A DNA stretch of 64,000 nt from contig BDGG01000001.1 in the NCBI GenBank assembly GCA_001949185.1, positions 2,931,324 to 2,995,323 on the forward strand, read 5' to 3'. The stretch is from Ramazzottius varieornatus (Eukaryota; Animalia; Tardigrada). Below the pieces are notes generated by a model. The model had not been told where the DNA came from, made no database searches, and saw nothing but the letters and a program-made list of their open reading frames with translations. Each line of letters opens with the position of its first letter. Position 1 is the stretch's first letter. Shown here piece after piece: positions 1 through 11,026 of this stretch. The position numbers were made by a program, and so were the translations under genes.

Positions 1-2469
1 TTTGATGAAACCGTAGGCCGATGCCAGGACGAGACCGCGTCAGTGTGTGGACCGCGAGTCTTCTTCCAGCAAAGAGCTCTCAATCCAGCAAACTTTGGGG
101 TAAGATCCTTGGCAATAATATTTTGTATTTCGCTACCGATATTGATCGAACTGTTTTTAGTTTGGACAGGAAGGTGCCTCGGAAGGAGTTCCTGTAGGAA
201 TCTGCGGAGGTCGGGTAGGGCTCTTTGCGGACATCAGTAGCGGCTGCCATAACTTTTTCATGTGCCACGCGAATGGGTCTTTGGTGAACCAGTCGTGCCC
301 AGGTTCCTTGCTCTTCAACGAGAGAAGCTTCATGTGTGACTGGCCGACAAACGTTCGGTGTGGAGAAACTGCTGTTCAGTCTCAGAATCTCCTGCTGGGC
401 ATGCCTGTCGGACCACGGTTCAATCCCGTAAGCGACGAATGGTCCAGCTCCTTTTCATATTTTGAGTTCTGCCACCTCGTTCTCTATCTCATCGACTCGA
501 TAACATTTTCCACAGATAGATCCGTCTGGAAATGTGTTGTTTATACCGGGCTCTATACCTGGTTCCCTGTTCCAAGTCCCAAGTTTCGGTGAACAATCGC
601 CAAACGATCCATTTTCTCGGAGTATGACGCCGTTCCAGCTGTCACCATCAGAACAAGCGTCCATCGATTTCCCGAAGTACTCGGCCGATGGCAAGCACTT
701 GGAGCTCGCCTTGGGCTCTTCCAACCCATCAAGATTTTCTCCCGTCGACGCCTACGGTCGACCGCATCCCGGTGTGGTAGACACAAACCTTCGACTCCAC
801 CCTCAACTACCCGTCTCCCTTCAAGGTTCGAGGATGGTCGGTGAATCGTATAGTCCCTATGGATCCAGAGTAAAATGGCTTGCTCGGCGGATGACGACGA
901 CGACAACTGCAGCACCTACTACAACAGGCCTACCAACTACCACCGGCAGACCAGGTACTGAAAACATGCTAAGTACTGTATGACGATATCGCGAGCACCA
1001 GCGAAACAATTCACATTGTTATTACCACTGTTTCTTGCAGGGTGGGAAGAGGGGGAGTACGAGCCAGAAGAAGGTGTGATGCCACCGGCTGTCACCACCA
1101 CGGCCATCCCGCTTCCCGCTGCTACCACCACCCCGATCGCTGTTGTACGGTCCATGCCGCTGATGTACGACCCTCTCCTAGGTTATAGCAACCTGAATCA
1201 TCCGCTCAGCGATGCCATCAAGCCAAAGAGCAAAATACCGACGAGTACGATGGATCCCGTGAAGAGTTTCGGGGTAGACTGTTACGGAAAGAAGGGCTAC
1301 TTCTTGTCACCCGGAACCTCTTGCAAGAGCTATGTCTTCTGCAAACCTCATGGGGCTATATACTCGTTCACCTGTCCTGGTGAATACCTTTACAACGCAG
1401 AAAAAGGTTCGTATACATACTTGGGTCCATCACAGAGAATTTTGCAGGACAGTCCCAGTTTTCCCCCTCTTGTTTCAGAAATATGTGACTGGCCAGACAA
1501 TGTCATTTGCGCATCGACAAGCTCTCGTACCGCTCCGAAAGGTTCTCTCAGAAGGTGGCGACGCGCACTTGCTTCGAGCAACGTTGCGATTGATACCTTG
1601 TCGACTAGCGCTATCGGGGTAGTGGACTCCAGTTTTGTCTGTCCCAACGCTAGCGGTTATTTTGCCAACCAAGACGATAGCTGCTTCAGGTAAGTCTGAT
1701 CCTCGCACATCCAGGACATCTCTGACTTCAAAGGTGATCCACAGCTTACTGATCCTTCATTTTAGTTTCTTCTATTGTGATGAGAACCAGACTGCCACCA
1801 GACACGAATGTCAAGATCGCAACCTCCGGTTCGACGAAGCGCGCGGAGTATGCGAATGGAGCACCAGAGTTCGATGCGGTAACGGTAGTTTGACGGCCGA
1901 CTCGACCATGAGTTCGACCATCAATGTTTCCCAGAATTTCTCTGTACGTTCTTTGGAAGTGAATACAACTTATACAAGCAGTACACTTGATTGGTTTGTT
2001 CAAATCCTCGTATTGGCAGGTTGCTTCGAGTTTGCCGCACGATTGTCCATTCACCGGGTTCTTCGCTGATTTCTCATCAGGCTGTAGAAATTTCTCCTTC
2101 TGTCCGACTACGGAAGGGCCTCGTCTCATCTTTCGCTGTCCTGAAGGTCTTCTGTATGACGACAGCAAGGGAAAATGTCAGAATGCAGCGGTAGTAACCT
2201 GTACGCGACATAAACAGTCACGGTCATTCGGGGCAAAGGTAAAACTCGTTACAAGGACGCGGTTAGTATCGTCCAATGCCGACTCACCCGTTGATTGCCG
2301 AAATCAGCGGGGTCTTTTTGCTGACCCGAAAAGCCATTGCGCTAATTTTTTCTATTGTTCTCCGCAAGGCCTTAAGTTTGAGTACGCCTGTCCTGAGGGG
2401 ATGGCTTTCAATAATGCGGTTAAGGCTTGCGATGATCTACTAAATTCCAGCTGCTCTTTGATACCGTAG
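1..2469 (+). CDS. Peritrophin-like protein with at least 6 chitin-binding type-2 (CBM14/peritrophin-A) domains and Thr/Pro-rich linkers; 5'-partial, multi-exon
   Basis: Repeated C-x-G-x-F-x-D/S...C..F/Y..C......CP.G..F/Y.....CDW...V.C units (e.g. CPGSLLFNERSFMCDWPTNVRC, CPEGLLYDDSKGKCQNAAVVTC, CPEGMAFNNAVKACDD), separated by short GT-AG introns and mucin-like TTTTTAAPTTT stretches; stop TAG ends at 2469. Confidence 0.9.
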
Positions 2470-2837
2470 TTTCTTTACTTAGCTCAACCGTGAGCTGCTT
2501 GGATTTTAGAATTTGTTTATTATACCTGCAATTCGAGTAACGTCTCTTTGTGCGCTCAATAAACTGTACGTATTCAAACCGTACGTGGGAACCTGACGCG
2601 TTCCAGACTATGCACAGCAGTTCTAGTGTTGTCCAGAAAGAAGAAAGCATGACTTTCAAAGCCCTTAGTCAGTGGATTTCTCTACTATCACGAGGCAGCG
2701 TTCCACTACGGTCTTACTGTATGCGGGAAGCTGCAACAATATCTGCAGAGTCACTCGCTTAGAATCACCCTTGGATCGAACTTCCGGGTCCAGGGAGCGG
2801 TTTTGAATCCCAACACCGAATACATACCTCATTGAAT

Positions 2838-5800
2838 ATGTCTGGAGAAGGTAATCTGATCAACTTGGTACTAACCATCTGTATGCATTCACACATGACC
2901 AATCTCTTTTCAGAGCTGGACCTGGATTTCAAATATCGCAAAGGAGACCCTCAAAGATCGGCAGAAAGAACCTTCTTGACGCCCGAAATATTGGAATTGT
3001 ATGGAGAGTCCGAGGTACCTCACCCGAAAAATTTCCGTCATGAGCCGCCGGGACGAGTTTTAACTGCGGAAGTGCTGGAACTATACGGAGAGGAAGTCGA
3101 CGCAATGGCACAGCCAAAGGCCCTGGTATGGGAAAATGTCCGGGATGCCCTCAATGGTATCAGGTGAGCGACAGCTATCTGGCTCAGGAGGATATATATA
3201 TATATATATATGGCGGCCTATCCAATGGTGCGGTTTTATGCCATAGACCTCTCCTCCGAAGGAGACTGTACGGAGCGAACAAGTCATCCCAAGAGTTTCT
3301 CTCATCGTCGTTCCCTTTGTTTTCCCGTCTGAAGCACTACCAGGCTGCTTGGATTCCACGTGACATATTGGCTGGTTTTATCGTCGGAATGATTCAATTC
3401 ACTCAAGGTACCTCGTACCGACGTTCCTCAAATTACAGTGCGAAGATTGTCGGTCTTTACATTATTCGCTCCTAGTTTTCGGAAACTCTCAAACCGCCAC
3501 CGTAAGGCCGACCAGTGGTCTCAACATCTTGCTGTTTCCGGGCCTGGTCTATGCATTCATGGCCAGCTCCCTGTACAACTCTTTGGGCGGTACTACTATC
3601 GCCGTCGCTACTCTGCGGGTATCATTGGGATACATTGAAGACCAACACTATCCAGGCGGTATGAATGGAAAACACAAGATGACTGACACGGAACTGATGG
3701 ACCTGCATACTTACATCGCTCCTGGTATCGCTTTCATCGCCGGCTTCGTGCAGGTACGTCAACTGCGCTTTCCAATGCCACTGTCCACCGTAAAGATTCA
3801 CCGAAGCTTTATCCGTTCGATCTTCCAGATTGGTTTGGGGTTCTTGAAGCTGGGCTTCCTGTATGGGATACTGTCACCTAATGTGATGGAGCCGTTCTTT
3901 CTGGCCTGCTTCCTCCAGTCTATCTGCGGCAAAGTTCCATCTGCTTTCGGACTGGAACCACCTGTGATTTTCGGGTTCGCCCAACAGTTTCAGGTACGAC
4001 TCTCTGCTCCTACTCTCTGCTCGTACTCGTACCGTCACTCTGCTGCGGTACGTATCTAGACGTCTAATCATATGTGTCGGCTTCACTTTAGTATCTCTAC
4101 TTTTTCCTCACAAACCTCGGGTCTATCAACGGGTGGGAAACACTGCTGTCCTTCGCGATGGCCTCCACTGTTCTGGTCTTCAGGGAATTCTGGCAGCCAC
4201 GCATATTCACTCGTTATCGGCTGGTGGCACCGATCGAATTCATACTGTTCGTAATCTTCAGCATAATCAGCTACTTAGCCGACTTCCGAGGAAAAGGCAT
4301 CCGGGTAGTCGGAAGTTATTCGTATGGGTAATTTTGTTATCGAATGTGGACGATAATTCGTATGTACGACGGCGGCGCACCAAAGCCTTTTGCATCGTTC
4401 TCTGTAGGGTTCCTCGACCGACGGTTCCTGACCTGTCGTACGGCTGGCCGATGGCGTTCGCCGGAATTGTTTTGGCCATTGTGACTTACAGCGCTACACT
4501 AGACTCCGCCAAAGTTCTGGCCAGGAAACATGATCCTCCAGTTTCGGCGAACCAAGAGCTTCTGGCGCTCGGTGTCGCTCACGTCTTTGGCTCGTTCTTC
4601 GCGTGCTTCCCCGTTGGAGCGCCGATAGGGCGAGGAAGAGTCAATCAGTCCATGGGAAGTCGTTCACAGCTGTCGACGTGAGCATACACGTGTTTTTCAT
4701 GAGACCGAAGGAGAATGATTTTGCAAGTTCAACTCAACCATGGACAGTCATACCAAACTTTGGTTACACTGTCCGATTCATTTAAGTGCCCTGTCGTTAG
4801 TAGGGATAATGGTTGCAGGCTGGTAGCTTGTGTTTTCGCCGGTATTGTGATCGGATACGCTGGACCAGCTATCCAGTATCTTCCTCTGGTACGTCTTATT
4901 GCGCGTTCGGACTAAATGGTTATCCTGTTCTAAGTTGTACCGGCAAATTGCAGTGTGTCGTCTCGACCAACATGATTTTGTTCCTCAGCATGTCCCTCAC
5001 TGCCTTCAAAGAACTTCCCAGATTGTGGGCCTTTAACAATATCGACGCTGTAGGTACGTGATCTTAATCTGTTAGCCCAAAGCCTTACTCCGGTTTGTTT
5101 TAGGCAGTGTGGATCCTTACATTCGCTTGTGGGATGTTACTGAACGTTCAAGTTGGGTTGTTCGTGGGAGTCAGTGTATCGTTGCTAAGCCTTATCGTTC
5201 GAAGTCAACGGTAATCTATTTCTCAAAGCATTACGGCCTGAACCAACAGTGCGCGACCCTTTTTCTTCTTTGCTATACAGGCCTAAGGTTCGGGTGTTGG
5301 GATTACTGAAAGACACTCAGTGGGGGATCGCCGCGTTGAAGCACCATTCAGAAATAGTCCGTACTGCAGCTCTTTTGAAATTTGCTCACGGAACAGATTT
5401 TGCACCTATCAACCGCCATTGCTTGTTGTACAGGCAAGTGAATTACCGGGAGTGCGTATCCTGCAAATCCAGAGTCCTGTAAACTATGCCAATGCAGACT
5501 ACCTGGTTAAAGAAGTCATGAATCTCGCCCTCGAGCCATACGAAGCCAATGCTGTCCCGCCACCACTCCCCGCTACAGCGTTTGCAGACAGACGTCCGGA
5601 TGACGGCGATCCTTTTCGGCATACCACAGTCTCGGACGTTTTCAACTCCAAAGTAACACATCTCATCGTATCACGGAAACTCGCATGTTATGTTTCATGA
5701 TGTTCTAGAACCCTGCAGTTCGAGCACTTGCATACTCCCGCTCGCTTACTAGCTTGGGCTTGCGACCGCGCAAATCCATATATGATTTTCCTCAACGCGT

Positions 5801-6980
5801 TAATGGACCAAGGACGACCTTCAGCAACCCCGCAGTCTCTACTCAACCAACCCTCGGTGGCAAAAACACCGCAACCCGTGTGGTGTTAGATATGGGTAGC
5901 GTCGGGTATATAGACACTGTCGGCATTCGCGCGCTGGAGCAAATTGCGTCGGATGCAAAGATTCGCCGTGTAGAAATTATCCTTGCACAATGCACAGGTG
6001 ACTTGTTCATATCTTCAATGCTCCTCTGTACCTTAACACTCATAATACCGATACAACTCGGGTACAACTCGGTTTCGCAGCGCACGGTTACCTGACCGCA
6101 AATCTCTTCCTGTGCAGCTCTGGCGGTTCAGTATTTTTTGTTTGCCTGTAGTGGCAAGTTCTCTATGACATGTAGCTGGTGACCGCTGGCTAAACACTAC
6201 GTACGGGATTAGAAATATTAGACAAAACATCGCAAGTTGCTCGTGGTGTTTCGAAATATGGCGCAGCCCATGACGTCACGAACGATACTACCACTGGTGG
6301 CGCCGCCAAGGTGGCAAGAAGTAAATTCAATTTTTTCAGATTTCTATTTTACGCATTGCCATTTTACGCATTGCCATTTTACGCATTGCCCTGTCCCAGA
6401 AAGACTGAGCGAAGAACGATGATTGTTTGTGGTTCATGTAACGTTCATGTTTGTGCAGCGCGCAGATTAACGAAGCAGAGTGTTGTTTGTTTAGATTGCA
6501 GCAAAAAGAAATCGAAATAAGTGTAGCGAAAAGTAAAATGAAATACATTGGCGTACCCCGGTCATGTGGCGGAACATTACGTTGGTTTTGCGCAGTAACA
6601 TTCGCAACTTCACGGGGGATCACCGTGATTGGTCTATACACGCCTCTATCGTGCTACCAGCCAGTTAAAAGGCTGCGAAACTTAGTTGTACCCCCGGTAT
6701 TCTGCCAGCATGAAATTGCCCGGTATTACAAGTGTTAAGGACGAACATTTCTACAGGACCGCTGCTGAGACAACTCCAGGAGCTCGCGACCCATAAGATT
6801 ATACCCCAACGCAACATATTCCCCAGCGTGGTGGACGCTGTTGTTGAGTCTATTGGGCGTAACCGCATCAAGTCGGTTCCCGCCGATGGTCTGGTCGAAG
6901 AGTACGAGGATGATCGATTTTGGGATCTGCCTGTTGTCCCGGTTGAAGGTCTACCTGTAGTCGACTACCATCAAGACTAA
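2838..6980 (+). CDS. SLC26/SulP-family anion transporter with C-terminal STAS domain (multi-exon)
   Basis: Motifs DILAGFIVGMIQ, QIGLGFLKLGFL, NQELLALG, GSRSQLS, RPKVRVLG, PGVRILQIQSPVNYANADY, VVLDMGSVGYIDTVGIRALEQI and NIFPSVVDAV; ATG at 2838, last exon 6757-6980. Confidence 0.92.
3192..3211. repeat. (AT)10 microsatellite in an SLC26 intron
   Basis: Directly visible run atatatatatatatatatat. Confidence 0.95.
6037..6734 (+). mobile_element. Non-autonomous piggyBac-like element (698 bp) in the last SLC26 intron
   Basis: TTAA at 6033-6036 and 6735-6738; TIR CACTCATAATACCG vs CACTTGTAATACCG (12/14); subterminal IR GGGTACAACT..GTTTCGCAGC at both ends; internal remnant CPRKTERRTMIVCGSCNVHVC...CLDC resembles the piggyBac transposase C-terminal Cys-rich domain; removal leaves a typical 57-nt intron. 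Confidence 0.85.
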
Positions 6981-8639
6981 AACGCTAACCGGAATTCACT
7001 GTGCCAGACAAGTGCAGTTACGTTATGTAGTTTATGTGATATCTAGGGTCTTCCGGTAGGTGGAGTGTACTCGAACCGCAAATTTGGTAAAATTGACCAC
7101 CGCTAGCCAGTGAAGCGTTAGCCAGGAAGCCGCGTTAATCGGTAATACGTCACCGTAGACGGGCCTCTCGCCCCTATCGACGAGGGACTTCACCAGATCG
7201 TAGCGCCCCGATGATCTTGCCAACGTAGCCTCCACTTGGACCTCCATCCGGTCCCAGAGAGACGTATGTAACAGGCACATCCACTTCATTAAAACTGCTG
7301 AACTTAGAGAATGCTTCAGTAGGTACTCGAAGAACGACAAATTCTTGCCGAGGTCGCCATAATGTTTTTCCCTAGTCACACGCTCGGCATGTTCGTCCGT
7401 TATAGACTACCAAGTCGGAAACCGTGTGGTAGAGTGTACGTGGGGAGAAAGCTCGTTTTAATTAGTCAGCCTATACCGGACTTGTAAAGTTAACCACCGT
7501 TTTGCTACATGGTGCTTGATTGGTCAGTTGATTGTCGGTCCAGGCTCAGGGGGTTTCTCGTTTCGGAATTGAGAGTCTCCTGGATGCTGTGAATCCTCAC
7601 ATCGAATTCAACTGGAACCACTCGATAGCCCGTTGTTACATCTATCAATTTACTCATAAACATTCGGGCATGGCGGTGTGAAAACAGAAATGTTGGCTAA
7701 CTTTGCAAGTTCGGTGTAGGCGGGCTGACTATACACGTTTTACCTCCTAATCATTTGTTCGTTTCATGAAAATTATATCATGATAATACAGCTAGCTGAT
7801 GATCTACATTAATTTGCATTCAGAGGACCAAATGGTAGACATATCAAAGATCCCACCTTTCTTTGCCCGTATGCTTGTACTACAGCAATTGTAATTGTGG
7901 CCACTGGCCAAGAACTAACGGAGCTTACGGAGTTACGGTACGTACGATTATTCGATTAGCGACGCCGGGAATTCATCTTTAATTTCAAGGCTGGAAGGAC
8001 ATGCGGAACTTGTTGTTGCACAACAATCACACCTGGGTCCAATGTGTTTGCGGAAAATTGCGTGAAATCATACACGTTTTTTTTTCGGTTCTCGTTGTTG
8101 AGCGTTCAACGCCAATCCTTGCTATTTGACTGCGGGTGCGTCAGAATTAAAACCCGTGAGATTTCGACCCTTGGACGGACTGATGGAGACCATCGACTGT
8201 TATCGATGACGTATTTCCCTCGGAGGGGGGCTTGTTTCAGTGTCGTTGTGGTCAGGTGGTGGAATTAAGAAGAAACGTTGGAGGTTGGAATGTAATGCCA
8301 TTTACCAGGTCCTGGTTTAATCCCACCAGGGAAGACTTGCCTGGAGGCGATAACGGATTCTGACGGCCTGATATTACCTGACAAACAAGGCTAGGTTGAT
8401 TGTGCTTCTTTGTTTTGATATGAGTCATAGGGCAAAAGCAAAGTAGGCAGTCTCGCCAGTCTTTCTGCAGCCTTTGCGAAGAGTTGTTTGTTGCGCATTT
8501 TGGTGGTCGCTACTCGCTAGTTTTCCTACTTGTTTATTAACCATTAATCCATTACTTATTGCCTGTTGATCTAACCGGATTCATTCTAAACGTTCAAGTT
8601 GTTTCTACTTTCTACGGTTGGAAACCTGACCCGTAACTA

Positions 8640-10569
8640 ATGCCAGGTAGGACGGGAAGATAGCCAGATATGATAGAGACTTTCGCTTTTACGGGAATCC
8701 ATTGTCATTCCCTTGGTGCTCATTTCGATGTCAGCTTCTTATAATTTATGATGTAAAATGTTCGTATTTGGTTTCAGACATGCTGCATATCTTCTGGGAT
8801 TACACGTCGTGTCCTCTCCGCAAGTCTGCGGGAGCGCCAGCAGAAATCAGGAATTCTTTCCTGAACATAGCGAAGGATCTCGACATGCCTACAACCAACT
8901 ACAGCGCTCTTGGCATACACATCTTCACACGCAACCCAAAGGTGGATTCGATCACCAATCCCACCAAGGAAATGCTAAATGAATGGAAGATGGCAGTAAG
9001 CAGACTTAACAGAAAGTATACAAATCATATCAATATTCTTTAATGGCGTACGAATAAATATCATGGGAAAAGCGACGCCACCTATCGGCCTCACCGACCT
9101 ATGTTGAAACCGGTTTACACTGTCACGTTGTCACAGGGTATTTTCTCGTGAAGCACGTGACAAATTCCTTGATTTCTAACCGGAGGGATGTATCAACCAT
9201 ACAGTGGGTTCGCTTGTTATGTCATTAAGGTAGAAGAGTAGACGGTAAGATCGTTAGTTATTACGCATGTCACGAACTTGACCTTGCTGTTTTTAGGGGG
9301 CGAAGATCCGCTACGTGAACGACGGAGTCAGTGGATCTCTGGAATACGAAGCTCGAAAATGGTTCTACTCACTGGTGAAGAAGGCGGCTTCGTCGAACTT
9401 TCTGGTCGTCACCGGTAGAAACGGATCGTTTTCTCTGTTAATTTGAAGTTGAGAGCCTAGCACAGAATTCTTGGTTACAGGAAACCGACAGTTGTGGTCG
9501 ACGGTATTCTCGTACGATGGACGAGTTGGGTTTGGCTGGGCTGTCGAGGTTCTAACAGATGGGAAGGTGACGGGTCGCGCCACATTGCACCGCTGCGCTC
9601 CAGCGGTCATTGCAGAGGCCGAATATGAATGGGATACTGCGTTAGGAGCTGTGATTCCGTATGACGGAGAGGGTAGTGGAGAGAGTGGAGAGGACGAGTT
9701 CGACGCTATTCGCACTGCGGCGAACTTGGGTTGGCCACAGTTGTTGCACTTCTCGGTTCTTAGAGTGTACTTCACCATTATATTTTTCTCTATTGGGGAC
9801 GTAGGGTCAGGAAACAGTAGCTTTAGTGATGATGAAGACGATGAGGATAGCCCAGCCGACGTCGTTCCTTTCAGCGCCAGCTTGGACTTCGCAGGTAGCC
9901 ATAAAATTAATTTCTCCGTCCGTTGATGAAACGTAATCAAGGGCAATTGCTGCTAATCGCCTAGACACACTGCAAGTTTTTTGGGACTATGAAAACTGCA
10001 ACTTGAGAAGCACTGTCGGAATGGCGAACATTCTCCAGTCCTTCGATCTGGCTGCCGCCGACAAGGGTCTATCCCAGATGTGCATCAGTATGTTCTGCAA
10101 GCACTACGAATTTGGAGTTGTGCCGACTCAGGCCACTGTCCAGGATCTGCGTTCACTGGTACGGACTGTGCCTTGAAAGAGCATGAGGTTAGGAACCTAT
10201 TGGTATATTCTAAAGTACCTTGCTTTTCCAGGGCGTCAACGTCTCCATGGCCAACGACAACGTCCCAGAAATCTGTGACGATATGATCGTCCAGGAAGTC
10301 GCAGCGCGAGCGAAGTTCGCTATGGTTGGACCAACGCTTTTGGTCACAGGTACAACCATAAGACACTTTCGTAGCTGTATAAACTCACTTACTGTAATGT
10401 GGGTTCAGGAGACCGGAAGTTGATCAAGCGAGTCCAGGCAGCGGTGCTGAAGGCTTCACCCGGTAAGCAAGATTACCTCGGTGCCTTCGAGTTCTGCGGC
10501 AACCCTAACACCAACCCTTCAAACCGGTACTGCTGGGACCCTTCCTCCGGAATTCGTCTGCAAAATTGA
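8640..10569 (+). CDS. Tandem NYN-NYN (PIN-like, MARF1/LabA type) domain protein, 384 aa, 8 coding exons
   Basis: Exons 8640-8646, 8778-8995, 9297-9414, 9481-9729, 9805-9894, 9965-10158, 10232-10349 and 10409-10569 join in frame with GT-AG introns (1155 nt). Domain 1 is HIFWDYTSC...LVVTGNRQ and domain 2 is QVFWDYENC...ICDDMI...LLVTGDRK, with an acidic linker between them. Confidence 0.8.
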
Positions 10570-11026
10570 GGAGGTGGAGGTGGGTGTTTTGTTGCGACGG
10601 AGAGGCGAGCGGTACCCTCACTAGTCTTATCTGGAGCCGTGCGCCTCTCCCAGAATATTGTGTTGTTTTTCCTTAGTTTTTTACCCAACGTTGGAACGTG
10701 CTCATATTTCTGTACAGTATTTTCCGTATCGCACGCTTCTTATGGTAGCTTTGTTGTTATCGATATCCGTCCTTAACGAACTCCCGCTCGTTTTCGGGAT
10801 GTGAGCTCTCCTCACGTTCTTCTTACGATGGTCTTCTGTTTTGTTCACTAAGCCATGAGGTTGATTTTTTGTTGAACAAACTTGTAATTTTCCAAGGCGT
10901 ACATAAAAGCTATCACACTTCCATCCATGCACAGCTTAAAAATGAAAAGAGTACTACCAGATAAGAAAAAATCTCGAATAAAAGCAAGAAAACCAAAATG
11001 TCAATGTTCAGCCGAAGGGGGATTCT

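Noticed and set aside
7032-7660. 115-aa minus-strand ORF and an upstream short ORF
   Set aside because: No recognisable motif and no convincing spliced model; could be an orphan exon but cannot be supported.
6291-9090. CTCF-like motifs (CCACTGGTGGCGC at 6291; GCCACCTATCGG near 9075)
   Set aside because: Short partial matches that are also common in MITE interiors; not supportable without ChIP data.
9121-9162. Small TGTCACG...CGTGACA intronic hairpin (a similar one lies near 56841-56906)
   Set aside because: Stems are too short and the two copies are not clearly homologous.
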